Position numbers and translations under genes: made by a program | Part shown: piece after piece, positions 35,089 to 43,390 of the stretch | Position numbering within the stretch: position 1 is the stretch's first letter | How the letters are laid out: each line of letters opens with the position of its first letter | Notes under the pieces: generated by a model | The model's input: the letters and a program-made list of their open reading frames with translations, nothing else | What the model was told of the DNA's origin: nothing | Databases searched by the model: none | Assembly (NCBI GenBank): GCA_050701655.1 | Contig: JBOGDG010000001.1 | Location: 1-43,390 of the forward strand | Reading direction: 5' to 3' | DNA from: Micromonosporaceae bacterium | GTDB lineage: Bacteria; Actinomycetota; Actinomycetes; Mycobacteriales; Micromonosporaceae | DNA length: 43,390 bases

Positions 35089-35531
35089 TCATCGCTGACA
35101 CGAGCGCGATCCTCGCCATCATCGATTCAGACGCCGCAGAGCATGCCGCCTGTCTCGAGATTCTCACGCACATCCGGCGCCCGATGCTCGTCTCGCACAT
35201 GGTCATTGCGGAGACCGACTACCTGCTGACGACCAGGTTCGGTGTGCCCACCGCCAACCGGTTCCTGGCCGATGTCGCCAGCGGCGCGTGGGAACTCGCC
35301 GAGAGCAACCCCGAAGACATCAACGATGTCATCACGGTGAACACCCGATACCAGGCGTTGAAGCTGGGGGCGACAGACTGCCTCAACATCGTGCTGGCTG
35401 CGCGGTACCTCACGAATGTGATGTTCACACTCGATCACCGCCACTACCGCGCCACCGCCCCACTACAAGGTGCGGCCGCTTTCATCCTGCTGCCAGCGGA
35501 TCGTGATCAGTGGCTGGCACCGGCCGACTAA
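35085..35531 (+). CDS. vapC: PIN-domain ribonuclease toxin (VapC family)
   Basis: ORF 35085..35531, with a GTGA overlap onto the antitoxin stop. The acidic PIN residues are IIADTS (Asp), IAETDY (Glu), GATDC (Asp) and TLDHRHY (Asp). Confidence 0.85.
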   Translation: MIIADTSAILAIIDSDAAEHAACLEILTHIRRPMLVSHMVIAETDYLLTTRFGVPTANRFLADVASGAWELAESNPEDINDVITVNTRYQALKLGATDCLNIVLAARYLTNVMFTLDHRHYRATAPLQGAAAFILLPADRDQWLAPAD

Positions 35532-35594
35532 CTGACCCGCAGGAGATCGATACTGCACTACCGCGGCATCGGTGGGGCGCGGCAGGATGGCGTT

Positions 35595-37160
35595 ATGAGT
35601 CGAGGACCGATCAGGGTGTTGTCTGTTGTCGACGGCGTGCCGGTGGAGGGCGCCCCGGGCGGCGAGTTCAGATCGACCAATCCGGCCCGTACCACCGAGG
35701 TGGTGGCTGAGGTCTCGTTGGCAGACGCGGAGACATTCGTGACCGCCTGTAAGGCCGCCAGGGCAGCCCAGCGGGAGTGGGCCGCCACACCGGCTCCGCT
35801 GCGCGGCCGTGCTATCGCGTACGCCGGACGGCTGGTCGAGGCCAACAGCGAGGCGCTGGCGCGGATCATGGTGCGGGAGATCGGCAAGCCCTACCGGGAG
35901 GCCCTCGGGGAGGTACGCGAGATCGTCGACACCTGCGACTTCTTCCTCGGCGAGGGGCGCAGGCTGTACGGCCAGACCGTCCCCTCCGAGATGCCCGACA
36001 AGCAGCTGTTCACGTACCGGAATCCGGTGGGCGTGGCGGCAATAATCACGGCGGGGAATTTCCCGGTCGCTGTGCCGGCCTGGTACATCGTCCCGGCGCT
36101 GCTGACCGGGAACGCGGTGGTGTGGAAGCCGGCGGAGTACTCCGCCGCGATCGGGCTCGCGCTGCATCAGGTGTTCGCTCGGGCGGGGATTCCGGCCGGC
36201 GCGCTCAACCTGGTGCTGGCGGACGGTCCGACCACATTCGCCGGGCTGGAGCAGGCGTTGGCCGCCGGCGTGGTGGACAAGGTGGGCTTCACCGGCTCCA
36301 GCGTGGTCGGCTCCGCGATCGGGGAGCTGTGTGGCCGGCACCTGCAGGCGCCGTGCCTGGAGCTGGGCGGCAAGAACCCGATGGTGGTGACGCCGTCGGC
36401 GGATCTGGACCTGGCGGTGGAGGGTGCACTGTTCGCCGGGTTCGGCACCGCCGGGCAGCGCTGCACCTCGCTCGGCACCGCGATCGTGCACCAGGGTGTG
36501 CACGACGAGTTCGTACGCCGGCTCACCGCCGCCACCGACAAAGCGGCGATCGGGGACCCGTTCCAGGACGTGCTGTATGGCCCGATGATCAGCGAGAAGT
36601 TCGCCGAGCGGTACGAGGGCTATCTGGGCTGGATCGCCGACCACCACCGGGTTTCCGGCTCGACGGCGCTCGGCCGGATCAGCGCGGCCAACCCCCGCGA
36701 CGGCTTCGTCGGGGACCCCGAGGCGGGGCTCTTCTACCACCCGGCGATCGTCGACGGGGTACGCCCGGACGACAAGCTCTTCTCGCAGGAGACCTTCGGA
36801 CCCATCGTCGGGGTGACCGCGTACGACACCCTGGACGAGGCGATCGAGCTGGCCAACGCGCCCGGGTACGGGCTGTCCGCCGCGATCTACACCCGCGACC
36901 CGCAGGACGTGTTCCGGTACCGCAGCGGCATCGGCGCCGGGATGGTCAGCGTGAACAACTCCACCTCGGGTGCGGAGGCGCACCTGCCGTTCGGCGGCAA
37001 CGGCAAGTCCGGCAACGGCGGCCGGCTCTCCGGGCAGTGGGTGCTGGACCAGTTCACCCGCTGGCAGTCGATGAACTGGGACCACTCGGGCCGGCTGCAG
37101 AAAGCCCAGATGGACGTCGCCGAGCCGGTCCCCGACCTCGACTTCCGACTGCCGGAATGA
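35595..37160 (+). CDS. Aldehyde dehydrogenase, ALDH7/antiquitin-like (semialdehyde dehydrogenase type)
   Basis: ORF 35595..37160. Motifs: GNFPVAV, ELGGKNPMVV, GTAGQRCTS (catalytic Cys), and VNNSTSGAEAHLPFGGNGKSGNGGRLSG, which resembles the ALDH7 tail [22 protein letters not shown]. Confidence 0.8.
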   Translation: MSRGPIRVLSVVDGVPVEGAPGGEFRSTNPARTTEVVAEVSLADAETFVTACKAARAAQREWAATPAPLRGRAIAYAGRLVEANSEALARIMVREIGKPYREALGEVREIVDTCDFFLGEGRRLYGQTVPSEMPDKQLFTYRNPVGVAAIITAGNFPVAVPAWYIVPALLTGNAVVWKPAEYSAAIGLALHQVFARAGIPAGALNLVLADGPTTFAGLEQALAAGVVDKVGFTGSSVVGSAIGELCGRHLQAPCLELGGKNPMVVTPSADLDLAVEGALFAGFGTAGQRCTSLGTAIVHQGVHDEFVRRLTAATDKAAIGDPFQDVLYGPMISEKFAERYEGYLGWIADHHRVSGSTALGRISAANPRDGFVGDPEAGLFYHPAIVDGVRPDDKLFSQETFGPIVGVTAYDTLDEAIELANAPGYGLSAAIYTRDPQDVFRYRSGIGAGMVSVNNSTSGAEAHLPFGGNGKSGNGGRLSGQWVLDQFTRWQSMNWDHSGRLQKAQMDVAEPVPDLDFRLPE

Positions 37161-39337
37161 GCGAAGAGCTCGACCGGCATTTCCTGGACTCGGTCGCCGC
37201 GCTGTCCCGGGGTGGTTCCGCCGACCCGGGTGATCTGACCGGCGACCGACTGCTGGAGCTGTTCGACGCGCAGCTCGCCAGCCGGCACCTCGACTTCGCG
37301 GCGCGGCAGTTACAGCGTGAGGGGCGGGGCTTCTACACGATCGGCTCGTCCGGACACGAGGCCAATGCGGCGGTCGCTGCGGCGTTGCGGCCCGATGATC
37401 CCGCGCTGTTGCACTACCGTTCCGGCGCCTTCTATCTGGTACGCGCGGTACAGCGCCACGGGCTGCGCAGCGGCATCCGGGACATCCTGCTCGGGTTGGT
37501 GGCCGCCGCGAGCGAGCCGATCGCGGGTGGCCGGCACAAGGTGTTCGGCCACGCCGATCTGCACGTGATCCCGCAGACCTCCACGATCGCCTCGCACCTG
37601 CCCCGGGCGCTGGGCGTCGCCTTCGCGCTGGGCCGCGCTCCGAAGCTGGGCGTGTCCTTGCCGTGGTCCTCCGATGCGTTGACCGTCTGCAGCTTCGGCG
37701 ACGCGTCGGCGAACCACTCCACCGCCGCCGGAGCGATCAACGCCGCCTGCTACTGCGCGCATCAAGGGTTGCCGTTGCCGCTGCTGCTGGTCTGCGAGGA
37801 CAACGGGATCGGGATCAGCGTGCCGACCCCGCCGGACTGGATCGCGGCGGCGTACCGGGGACGGGCGGGGCTGGAGTATGTCGCCGCGGACGGCACCGAC
37901 CTGGTGGCGGTGCACGAGGCGGCGGTACGGGCGGCGGAGCTCGTCAGGACCCGGCGCGCTCCCGCGCTGCTGCACCTGCGGATGGTGCGACTGCTCGGTC
38001 ACGCCGGCTCGGACGCCGAGCTGGCGTACCGGACGCAGGCGGAGATTGTCGCGGACTACCGGCGGGACCCGCTGCTGCGTACCGCTGAAATTCTTGTGGC
38101 ATCGGGGACCGTCACAGCGCAGGACGTCATCGACCGGTACGAAGCGATGCGCGCCGAGGTCGCGAAAGCGGCCGAGGAGGTGCGGGACGAGCCTGGGCTG
38201 GCCGACACCGCGCAGGTGATGGCTCCGCTGGCGCCCCGGCGGCCGGACCGGATCGCCCGGGCTGCCGCGGCCACTTCCGAGGCGCGCGGCGAGGCGTTCG
38301 GTGAGCGGCCGCCGGAGCAGGAGGGGCCGCTCACTCTGGCGCAGTCGATCAACCGGACCCTCGCCGAGCTGCTCGCCAGCCGGCCGAACCTGCTGGTGTT
38401 CGGGGAGGACGTGGCCCGCAAGGGCGGGGTGTACGGCGTGACCCGCGGCCTGCAACGCCGCTTCGGCGCGGCCCGGGTGTTCGACACGCTGCTCGACGAG
38501 CAGTCGATTCTGGGTCTGGCGCTGGGTCTCGGGGTGTCCGGCATGTTGCCGGTGCCGGAGATCCAGTACCTGGCGTACCTGCACAACGCCGAGGACCAGC
38601 TCCGGGGCGAGGCGGCGACGCTGCGGTTCTTCTCCCAGGGCCGGTATCGCAACCCCATGGTGGTACGGGTCGCCGGGCTGGCGTACCAGAAGGGCTTCGG
38701 CGGGCACTTCCACAACGACAACTCCGTGGCGGTGCTGCGGGACATCCCCGGGCTGGTGGTGGCGGCTCCGGCGCGCCCCGACGACGCGGCCGCGATGCTG
38801 CGTACCTGTGCGGCGGCGGCCGAGTCGGACGGGTCGGTCTGCGTGTTCCTGGAGCCGATCGCGCTCTACCACACCCGCGACCTGCACACCGACGGCGACG
38901 CCGGCTGGTTGTCGCCCTACCCGGCGCCCGGCACGGCCCACGCCCCTGTCGGCACCGGCCGGGTGTACGGAGACGGCGCCGACCTCACGATCGTGACCTT
39001 CGCCAACGGGGTACGGATGAGCCTGCGGGTGGCGCGCCGGCTCGCCGCCGACGGCGTACACGTGAGGGTGCTTGACCTGCGCTGGCTGGCACCGCTGCCG
39101 GTGGCGGACCTGCTGCGTGAGGCCGACGCGACCGGCCGGGTCTTGATCGTCGACGAGACCCGTCGCGCCGGCGGGGTTTCCGAGGGAGTGCTTGCCGCGC
39201 TCGCCGACGCGGGATTCGCGGGTCGGGTCGCGCGCGTGACCAGCGAGGACAGCCTGATCCCGCTCGGTCCGGCCGCCCAGCATGTGCTGCTCTCCGAGCC
39301 CGCCGTGGAGCGAGCCGCACGCACCCTGCTGCGGTGA
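37157..39337 (+). CDS. Thiamine-diphosphate-dependent 2-oxoacid dehydrogenase E1 component, fused alpha+beta subunits (726 aa)
   Basis: In-frame part of ORF 35777..39337, starting at ATG 37157 (ATGA overlap with the ALDH stop). The TPP motif is FGDASANHS...LLLVCEDNGIGIS. The beta-type region contains LVFGEDVARKGGVYGVT, FDTLLDEQSILG and GFGGHFHN, followed by a transketolase-C-like end. It has an in-frame TTA at 37310-37312 (Leu52). Confidence 0.85.
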   Translation: MSEELDRHFLDSVAALSRGGSADPGDLTGDRLLELFDAQLASRHLDFAARQLQREGRGFYTIGSSGHEANAAVAAALRPDDPALLHYRSGAFYLVRAVQRHGLRSGIRDILLGLVAAASEPIAGGRHKVFGHADLHVIPQTSTIASHLPRALGVAFALGRAPKLGVSLPWSSDALTVCSFGDASANHSTAAGAINAACYCAHQGLPLPLLLVCEDNGIGISVPTPPDWIAAAYRGRAGLEYVAADGTDLVAVHEAAVRAAELVRTRRAPALLHLRMVRLLGHAGSDAELAYRTQAEIVADYRRDPLLRTAEILVASGTVTAQDVIDRYEAMRAEVAKAAEEVRDEPGLADTAQVMAPLAPRRPDRIARAAAATSEARGEAFGERPPEQEGPLTLAQSINRTLAELLASRPNLLVFGEDVARKGGVYGVTRGLQRRFGAARVFDTLLDEQSILGLALGLGVSGMLPVPEIQYLAYLHNAEDQLRGEAATLRFFSQGRYRNPMVVRVAGLAYQKGFGGHFHNDNSVAVLRDIPGLVVAAPARPDDAAAMLRTCAAAAESDGSVCVFLEPIALYHTRDLHTDGDAGWLSPYPAPGTAHAPVGTGRVYGDGADLTIVTFANGVRMSLRVARRLAADGVHVRVLDLRWLAPLPVADLLREADATGRVLIVDETRRAGGVSEGVLAALADAGFAGRVARVTSEDSLIPLGPAAQHVLLSEPAVERAARTLLR

Positions 39338-39543
39338 TCTCAGTCAGTCCGTGACAGTCGGCACCACTTAGGTGATCCGCGACGACGCCCAGCACCACCC
39401 CCGTCTGGCTCCGCCCGCCGGCCTGACAAACTTCGATCCACCGCGTCCACCTGGAGAAACGCCGGCAGGAAAGCGGCCGTGATGGATCACCGTACGCAAC
39501 AGCCTGGCGTGCTATTGGAATGACGGTGCCGCCGGTATAGTCA

Positions 39544-41661
39544 TTGCGGCCGCACCCTACTCCGGACGATATAGCACATAGAGGGTGGTGGTTCGACTCA
39601 CCCAAGAATGAAACTCAAGTTACGGATCGTGGGCCTGTTGTGGGAGTATCGCTGATCTCATACGAAGATGTCGGCAAATGGCCAGGGGCACGCGGAGATC
39701 TCTTGACGGGTGGAGACGTGACAAGCCGACCTGACGCTGATGTCCTTGAATTCGATTCCCCTGGCGGTCTGGCGCGTGAGTTGCAGCGGTGGCTGAAGCG
39801 CCGGGAGCAGCGTGACGGGCGGAGTGTTGACAGGAACAAGCTTGCTGGCCGGGTCGGGGTTGCTCAGTCCACGGTCTACGCGTGGCTGAACGGGGAATCG
39901 GTTCCGCGGCGCGAGTTGTTGCTGTCGTTGCTGATCGATCTGGATGTGCCGGAGGCTCGTCGCTGGGCTGTGCTGGATGCCCGCGACGAGTTGGCCATGA
40001 GGGAGCGCCGGAGTCGCCGCCGGGGCGAGTGCGGACAGGGGACTCCTGAGTCGATCGAGGCGAAGTCCCCGCCGGTGGTGCCGTGGCTGGACGAATACCT
40101 GCGGATGCGCACGCTCATGGCGTCGGGGCGGGTCGAGGAGACCGTCGCGATGGCCAGAGAGCTCGCGGTAGCGGCCGATGACCCGTTCCGGGCGGCTCAG
40201 GCATGGCTGTTCGTTCTCGGCGGGCACCTCAATCTGCAGGACCAGTCGGCGGCATGGGCCGCGATCGAGGCGCCGTCGCTGGCACTCCGACACTGCCGTG
40301 AGCCGCGACTTCTTGGCGAGTTCCACAGTTTGGCCGCGTGGCTGGCGCACTCACTAGGGGCGCTGGAACGGTACGCGATGCACGTGGTGTCGGCTGAGCG
40401 GGCGCTGACGCGGATGACCGAGGTGAGCGTCGCGGCGTCGGATGCGTGGACAGATCTGGCTATCACGTATTCGGTGTTCGGTTTCCACGAGCAGGCCAAG
40501 GCCGCGTTGACACGAGGTCGTGAGATATCGGCGCTTCGTGGCGTGAGCGAGTGGGACGCCGGCGGCGGCATGGATGTCTTGGTGCGCTATGCGGTGTGGC
40601 TCGACCACTGCGGGGACACCGCCCGGTGTGTCCAGGAATTGGGTGAGGCAATGGCCCGACTACCAGAAGATCCCAAGTCTCTGGAGATCGGGAACTTGCA
40701 TTGGGCGCAGTTTGCCGCGAGACGTCTCAACGCTCTCGGCGTCCCCTGCGATATCGATTTTACTGATCTCCTGCCGGAAAGATGCGAGCATCGCTGCTGC
40801 CGCGATGTGGCCGTGCTCTCGCAGGTGTGCGAGGCAATTGCGGCAGGTCATGGTGCCGCGGCCATCCACCGACTCGACAGTTCCGAGATCCACCACGACA
40901 CGGTGGGCTCCCCTGAGCTGCATCGGCTGCGGTCACTCGCGTTCGCGGTCGCGGGCGATTACCGCAGCGCACTCGACGCGTCCGCACGGGCGACCCGCGC
41001 AGCGTCCGGTCAACTTAGCGAGTTGCGGACCATGGTGCTCAATCACACCCGAGCTCAACTCGACCAGGAACACCTACGCAGGACCGTAACGCGGCATGTG
41101 GATCATGCATATGCCGATCCGGTGACGGGGTTCCCGAATCGCCAGCGGCTCGATATGTTCCTCCAGGAGCTGGCGCATCTTCGGTCGCAGGCCATGATCG
41201 GCGCAGTCCATCTCGGGGCGTTCAAGTCGGCTATCGCCAACGAGTGTGACGTGTCAGCCAATATCCTCATGCGGCGGGTCGCAGGCATCGTGGCGAACGT
41301 CATCCGAGCCGGTCAGTTCGTGGCCCGATGCGATGAGGAGCACCTTGTTCTCGTGCTGCCGGATATCACGGCACAGGTGGCTGAGGGCATCGGCCGACGT
41401 ATTGCCGGGACCCTCCAGGACGAGGACTGGCATGCCATCATCCCGGCTGCGACTACCGTCACGGTCGACGTTGCCTGGGTGGCGGTGCCCGCGGGGGCAG
41501 GCTTCGATGCGCTGCGGCACGCCGCAGACCAGGCCATGTACCAGGCGCACCTGTCCGGTCGCCCTCGTGAGGCGGTGCGCCCGGTACGACCCGCTCCAGG
41601 CCTGGCATCACTAGCCACGGTCGCACCAGGCACGACTCCGGTTCCGAATACGACAGTGTGA
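39544..41661 (+). CDS. Multidomain regulator-like protein: XRE-type HTH, helical/TPR-like middle, degenerate GGDEF C-terminal domain
   Basis: ORF 39544..41661. The start is uncertain (TTG 39544 or GTG 39640, with no early ATG). The HTH reads RNKLAGRVGVAQSTVYAWLNGESVP. The GGDEF-like domain starts at DPVTGFPNRQRL (41116), but its signature reads RCDEEH (41326-41343) instead of RxGG[D/E]EF. The DxDxFKxxND block reads HLGAFKSAIAN. GC content is visibly lower than in flanking genes. Confidence 0.65.
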   Translation: MRPHPTPDDIAHRGWWFDSPKNETQVTDRGPVVGVSLISYEDVGKWPGARGDLLTGGDVTSRPDADVLEFDSPGGLARELQRWLKRREQRDGRSVDRNKLAGRVGVAQSTVYAWLNGESVPRRELLLSLLIDLDVPEARRWAVLDARDELAMRERRSRRRGECGQGTPESIEAKSPPVVPWLDEYLRMRTLMASGRVEETVAMARELAVAADDPFRAAQAWLFVLGGHLNLQDQSAAWAAIEAPSLALRHCREPRLLGEFHSLAAWLAHSLGALERYAMHVVSAERALTRMTEVSVAASDAWTDLAITYSVFGFHEQAKAALTRGREISALRGVSEWDAGGGMDVLVRYAVWLDHCGDTARCVQELGEAMARLPEDPKSLEIGNLHWAQFAARRLNALGVPCDIDFTDLLPERCEHRCCRDVAVLSQVCEAIAAGHGAAAIHRLDSSEIHHDTVGSPELHRLRSLAFAVAGDYRSALDASARATRAASGQLSELRTMVLNHTRAQLDQEHLRRTVTRHVDHAYADPVTGFPNRQRLDMFLQELAHLRSQAMIGAVHLGAFKSAIANECDVSANILMRRVAGIVANVIRAGQFVARCDEEHLVLVLPDITAQVAEGIGRRIAGTLQDEDWHAIIPAATTVTVDVAWVAVPAGAGFDALRHAADQAMYQAHLSGRPREAVRPVRPAPGLASLATVAPGTTPVPNTTV

Positions 41662-41674
41662 AACCACGGGACCG

Positions 41675-42454
41675 TCAGGCGGGACGTGCGTACGCACGGG
41701 ACAGCCGGTTGGCTTCTCTCAGTTCTCGTTTGGCGTACCGGCTTTGGCCGAGTGCGGCGAGGATCGCCCCGTGGGTGTAGAGAGCGCCGGCCAGGGCTTC
41801 GGCCATGTTGGGGTCCTTCCGTGGGTTGAACAGGCCACGTCTGATCCGTACGGCGTTGCCGGCGCGCGATTCGGCCTTTATCAAGAGGTGCGCGTCGGCT
41901 CGTTGGTCGGCGAGGTCGTGCAGACAGGCGCCGATAGCGTGTTCACAGTCGGCCAGGTCTTCGAGGTATCCCCGAAGCCCCGCCTGGGCTAGTGGCCGCA
42001 GCACCTGGGTAGCCTCCTGCAGAACAGACACCGCCTCTGTGTGGCGGCCCAGCTCATTGAGGATGCTGCCCTTGGTGTGCAACGCCTGCGCCCAGGACGC
42101 CCGGTTCTCCGGGGTTTCATGCTCTGACACGAGTCTGTGTCGAATGGCGACCGAGTCGCAGATCGCCGCGAGTCCCTCGTACGAGCGCCTCATACCGGTC
42201 AGGCCGATCGCCAGGTTGTGCAGCGCGGTGGCGTACTCGCCGAGGTAATGCGAGTCCCTGTCGACTATCCGGCGGTAGTAGGCGACCGCCTCCCGAGTCA
42301 GGGGCAGCGCCTCGTACGACCGACCGTGGTCGGACAGGCAAGCTGCGAGGTTCGTCAACGCCAGGGCCAGTTGCGCGAGCGCGGCCGGATCCCGGCGCAC
42401 CACCGCCCGCGCCTGCGCGGCCAACCGTTCGAAGTAAGACAGTTCATTGGACAC
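41675..42454 (-). CDS. Tetratricopeptide-repeat (TPR_10/12-like) protein
   Basis: ORF 41675..42454(-). It has repeated A..L.NLA..L...G...EAL modules: LALALTNLAACLSDHGRSYEAL, ATALHNLAIGLTGMRRSYEGL and AQALHTKGSILNELGRHTEAV. It is convergent with the previous gene, 13 nt apart. Confidence 0.7.
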   Translation of the reverse strand: MSNELSYFERLAAQARAVVRRDPAALAQLALALTNLAACLSDHGRSYEALPLTREAVAYYRRIVDRDSHYLGEYATALHNLAIGLTGMRRSYEGLAAICDSVAIRHRLVSEHETPENRASWAQALHTKGSILNELGRHTEAVSVLQEATQVLRPLAQAGLRGYLEDLADCEHAIGACLHDLADQRADAHLLIKAESRAGNAVRIRRGLFNPRKDPNMAEALAGALYTHGAILAALGQSRYAKRELREANRLSRAYARPA

Positions 42455-42613
42455 GGGAGTTCCCTTCGTTCACATGGGGGGCGGAGACGGCGAGGACGAA
42501 CAGTGCCGAGAGCCGGCCCGCGGTCGAGGTCGCGATCGCTCCACCATCGCGTCGCGTTGTCCTTGTCGACTTCGGTGCCGGAGCGCTTCGGACGAAACCG
42601 GAAGATCGGCTCC

Positions 42614-43075
42614 ATGGCACTGCGTGAATTGGCGCGTGTGTCGGTGGTGCTAGAACACTCGGGTGACTCTTCGATTCGTCGCCCAGGCCGCCTATGGCTC
42701 GACAACGAGGATGAAGACGACTGCGTGATAGCCGGCGTGGCCGAGTCGGACGACGGGGACGGATTCAGCCTGCTGTTCATGTGTGACTTCGAAGCACCCG
42801 ATGCGCAGAGCGTGTCGCTCGGCACGGACACGTACTGCCTGGTCACGCAAGACCAGGCCACGGCTTACGGCTGCGTACGTGAGGTCAGCCTCGACCAAGC
42901 TCTGCTCCGGGTCGTGCTCGACCCTGACTCAGTGGACGAACTCGGGCTGGACACACCGGTGATCGAAGCGGTGCTGCGTGCGCCGGCCGACGATGTGAAC
43001 CGGATGCGGCAGGTGCTTCGGCGGGTCCTCGCCTACGGCAGGGCTGATGCGCGCGTGTCGTTTGTCGGACTCTAG
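42614..43075 (+). CDS. Small acidic protein, possibly Imm10-family immunity protein
   Basis: This is the tail of ORF 42137..43075, from ATG 42614. The upstream part of that ORF is antisense to the TPR gene. DDGDGFSLLFMCDFEAPDAQSVSLGTDTYCLVTQDQATAYGCVREVSLDQALLRVVL resembles Imm10-type proteins as I remember them. This was not verified by any search. Confidence 0.4.
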   Translation: MALRELARVSVVLEHSGDSSIRRPGRLWLDNEDEDDCVIAGVAESDDGDGFSLLFMCDFEAPDAQSVSLGTDTYCLVTQDQATAYGCVREVSLDQALLRVVLDPDSVDELGLDTPVIEAVLRAPADDVNRMRQVLRRVLAYGRADARVSFVGL

Positions 43076-43076
43076 G

Positions 43077-43390
43077 TCACCGCGAGGGGGCGGGGCCGGT
43101 GGAGTCGCGTACGACGAGCTCGTGACCGGTGGAGCGGCGTCGCGATCGGGCGGAACGCGGTTTGCGGGCCATGGTGAGCGCGGTACGGCCCATCTCGGTC
43201 ATCGGGAGCCGTACGGTCGTCAGGCCTGGGGCGAGGTCGGCTGCGACCGACACGTCGTCGAAGCCGACCACCGACATCTGGCTCGGCACCGACACGCCGC
43301 GTGAGCGGAGCGCGGAGAGCACTCCGATCGCCATGGCGTCGTTGAGGGCGATGATCGCGGTGGTCTTCGGATGGTCGGTCAGGATCTGCT
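43077..43390 (-). CDS. LacI-family transcriptional regulator, 3' (C-terminal) part only
   Basis: ORF 43077..43334(-) continues in frame to the window edge (..TAIIALNDAMAIGVLSALRSRGVSVPSQMSVVGFDDV..LTTVRLPM). This is the typical LacI periplasmic-binding-fold core. The stop lies 1 nt from the convergent upstream gene. Confidence 0.8.
   Translation of the reverse strand, partial: QILTDHPKTTAIIALNDAMAIGVLSALRSRGVSVPSQMSVVGFDDVSVAADLAPGLTTVRLPMTEMGRTALTMARKPRSARSRRRSTGHELVVRDSTGPAPSR

Noticed and set aside
39480-39545. Sigma70-like promoter (TTGGAA ... TATAGT) upstream of the HTH-GGDEF gene
   Set aside because: The spacer is only about 15 nt by my count, and the -35 element is poor in alternative registers. 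This is too weak to annotate without 5'-end mapping.
42137-42613. Upstream 159 codons of ORF 42137..43075, which would give a 312-aa protein
   Set aside because: This part is antisense to the TPR gene and is Arg-rich. The Imm10-like similarity begins only after ATG 42614.

Overview
High-GC, actinomycete-type chromosomal segment with about 40 protein-coding genes. Many are in tightly coupled operons with ATGA/GTGA start-stop overlaps. I found no rRNA, tRNA, CRISPR array, transposase or integrase by eye. Left to right: (1) 1-8.1 kb, a divergent biosynthetic locus. ACP, ketosynthase and a KS-like partner sit on the minus strand and run off the left edge. They face EamA exporter, type II thioesterase, KASIII-like enzyme, a 717-aa tandem heme-oxygenase-like (putative diiron) protein and an acyl-CoA dehydrogenase. 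I consider this the best candidate for an undescribed system. (2) 8.1-21.7 kb, mixed housekeeping and accessory genes: gene relics, a DUF1801 protein, a ROK regulator, a secreted multidomain GH89 alpha-N-acetylglucosaminidase, a Tat-signal heme peroxidase, an ArsR-like regulator, folE, a ferredoxin-reductase-type flavoprotein, a BON/SRPBCC protein and an M50/CBS protease. A 52/53-nt piece of the GH89 coding sequence is duplicated in the peroxidase/ArsR intergenic region. (3) 21.8-28.4 kb, a complete gamma-glutamylation-type ethanolamine utilisation locus: eat permease, GlnA4-like synthetase, C26 hydrolase, ALDH, SDR and a GntR/FadR regulator. (4) 28.5-34.6 kb, an ABC importer with two ATPases, two permeases, a DUF2160-like small membrane protein and a ~600-aa lipoprotein binding protein. 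(5) 34.8-35.5 kb, a Phd/YefM-VapC toxin-antitoxin module with repeat-rich operator DNA. (6) 35.6-39.3 kb, an ALDH7-like dehydrogenase translationally coupled to a fused E1 alpha/beta TPP enzyme, with no E2/E3 in the window. (7) 39.3-43.1 kb, a visibly lower-GC accessory patch: an HTH-TPR protein ending in a degenerate GGDEF domain, a TPR protein and an Imm10-like small protein. It is followed by the 3' end of a LacI-family gene. All functional calls come from reading the translated ORFs against remembered family motifs. No database search was run.
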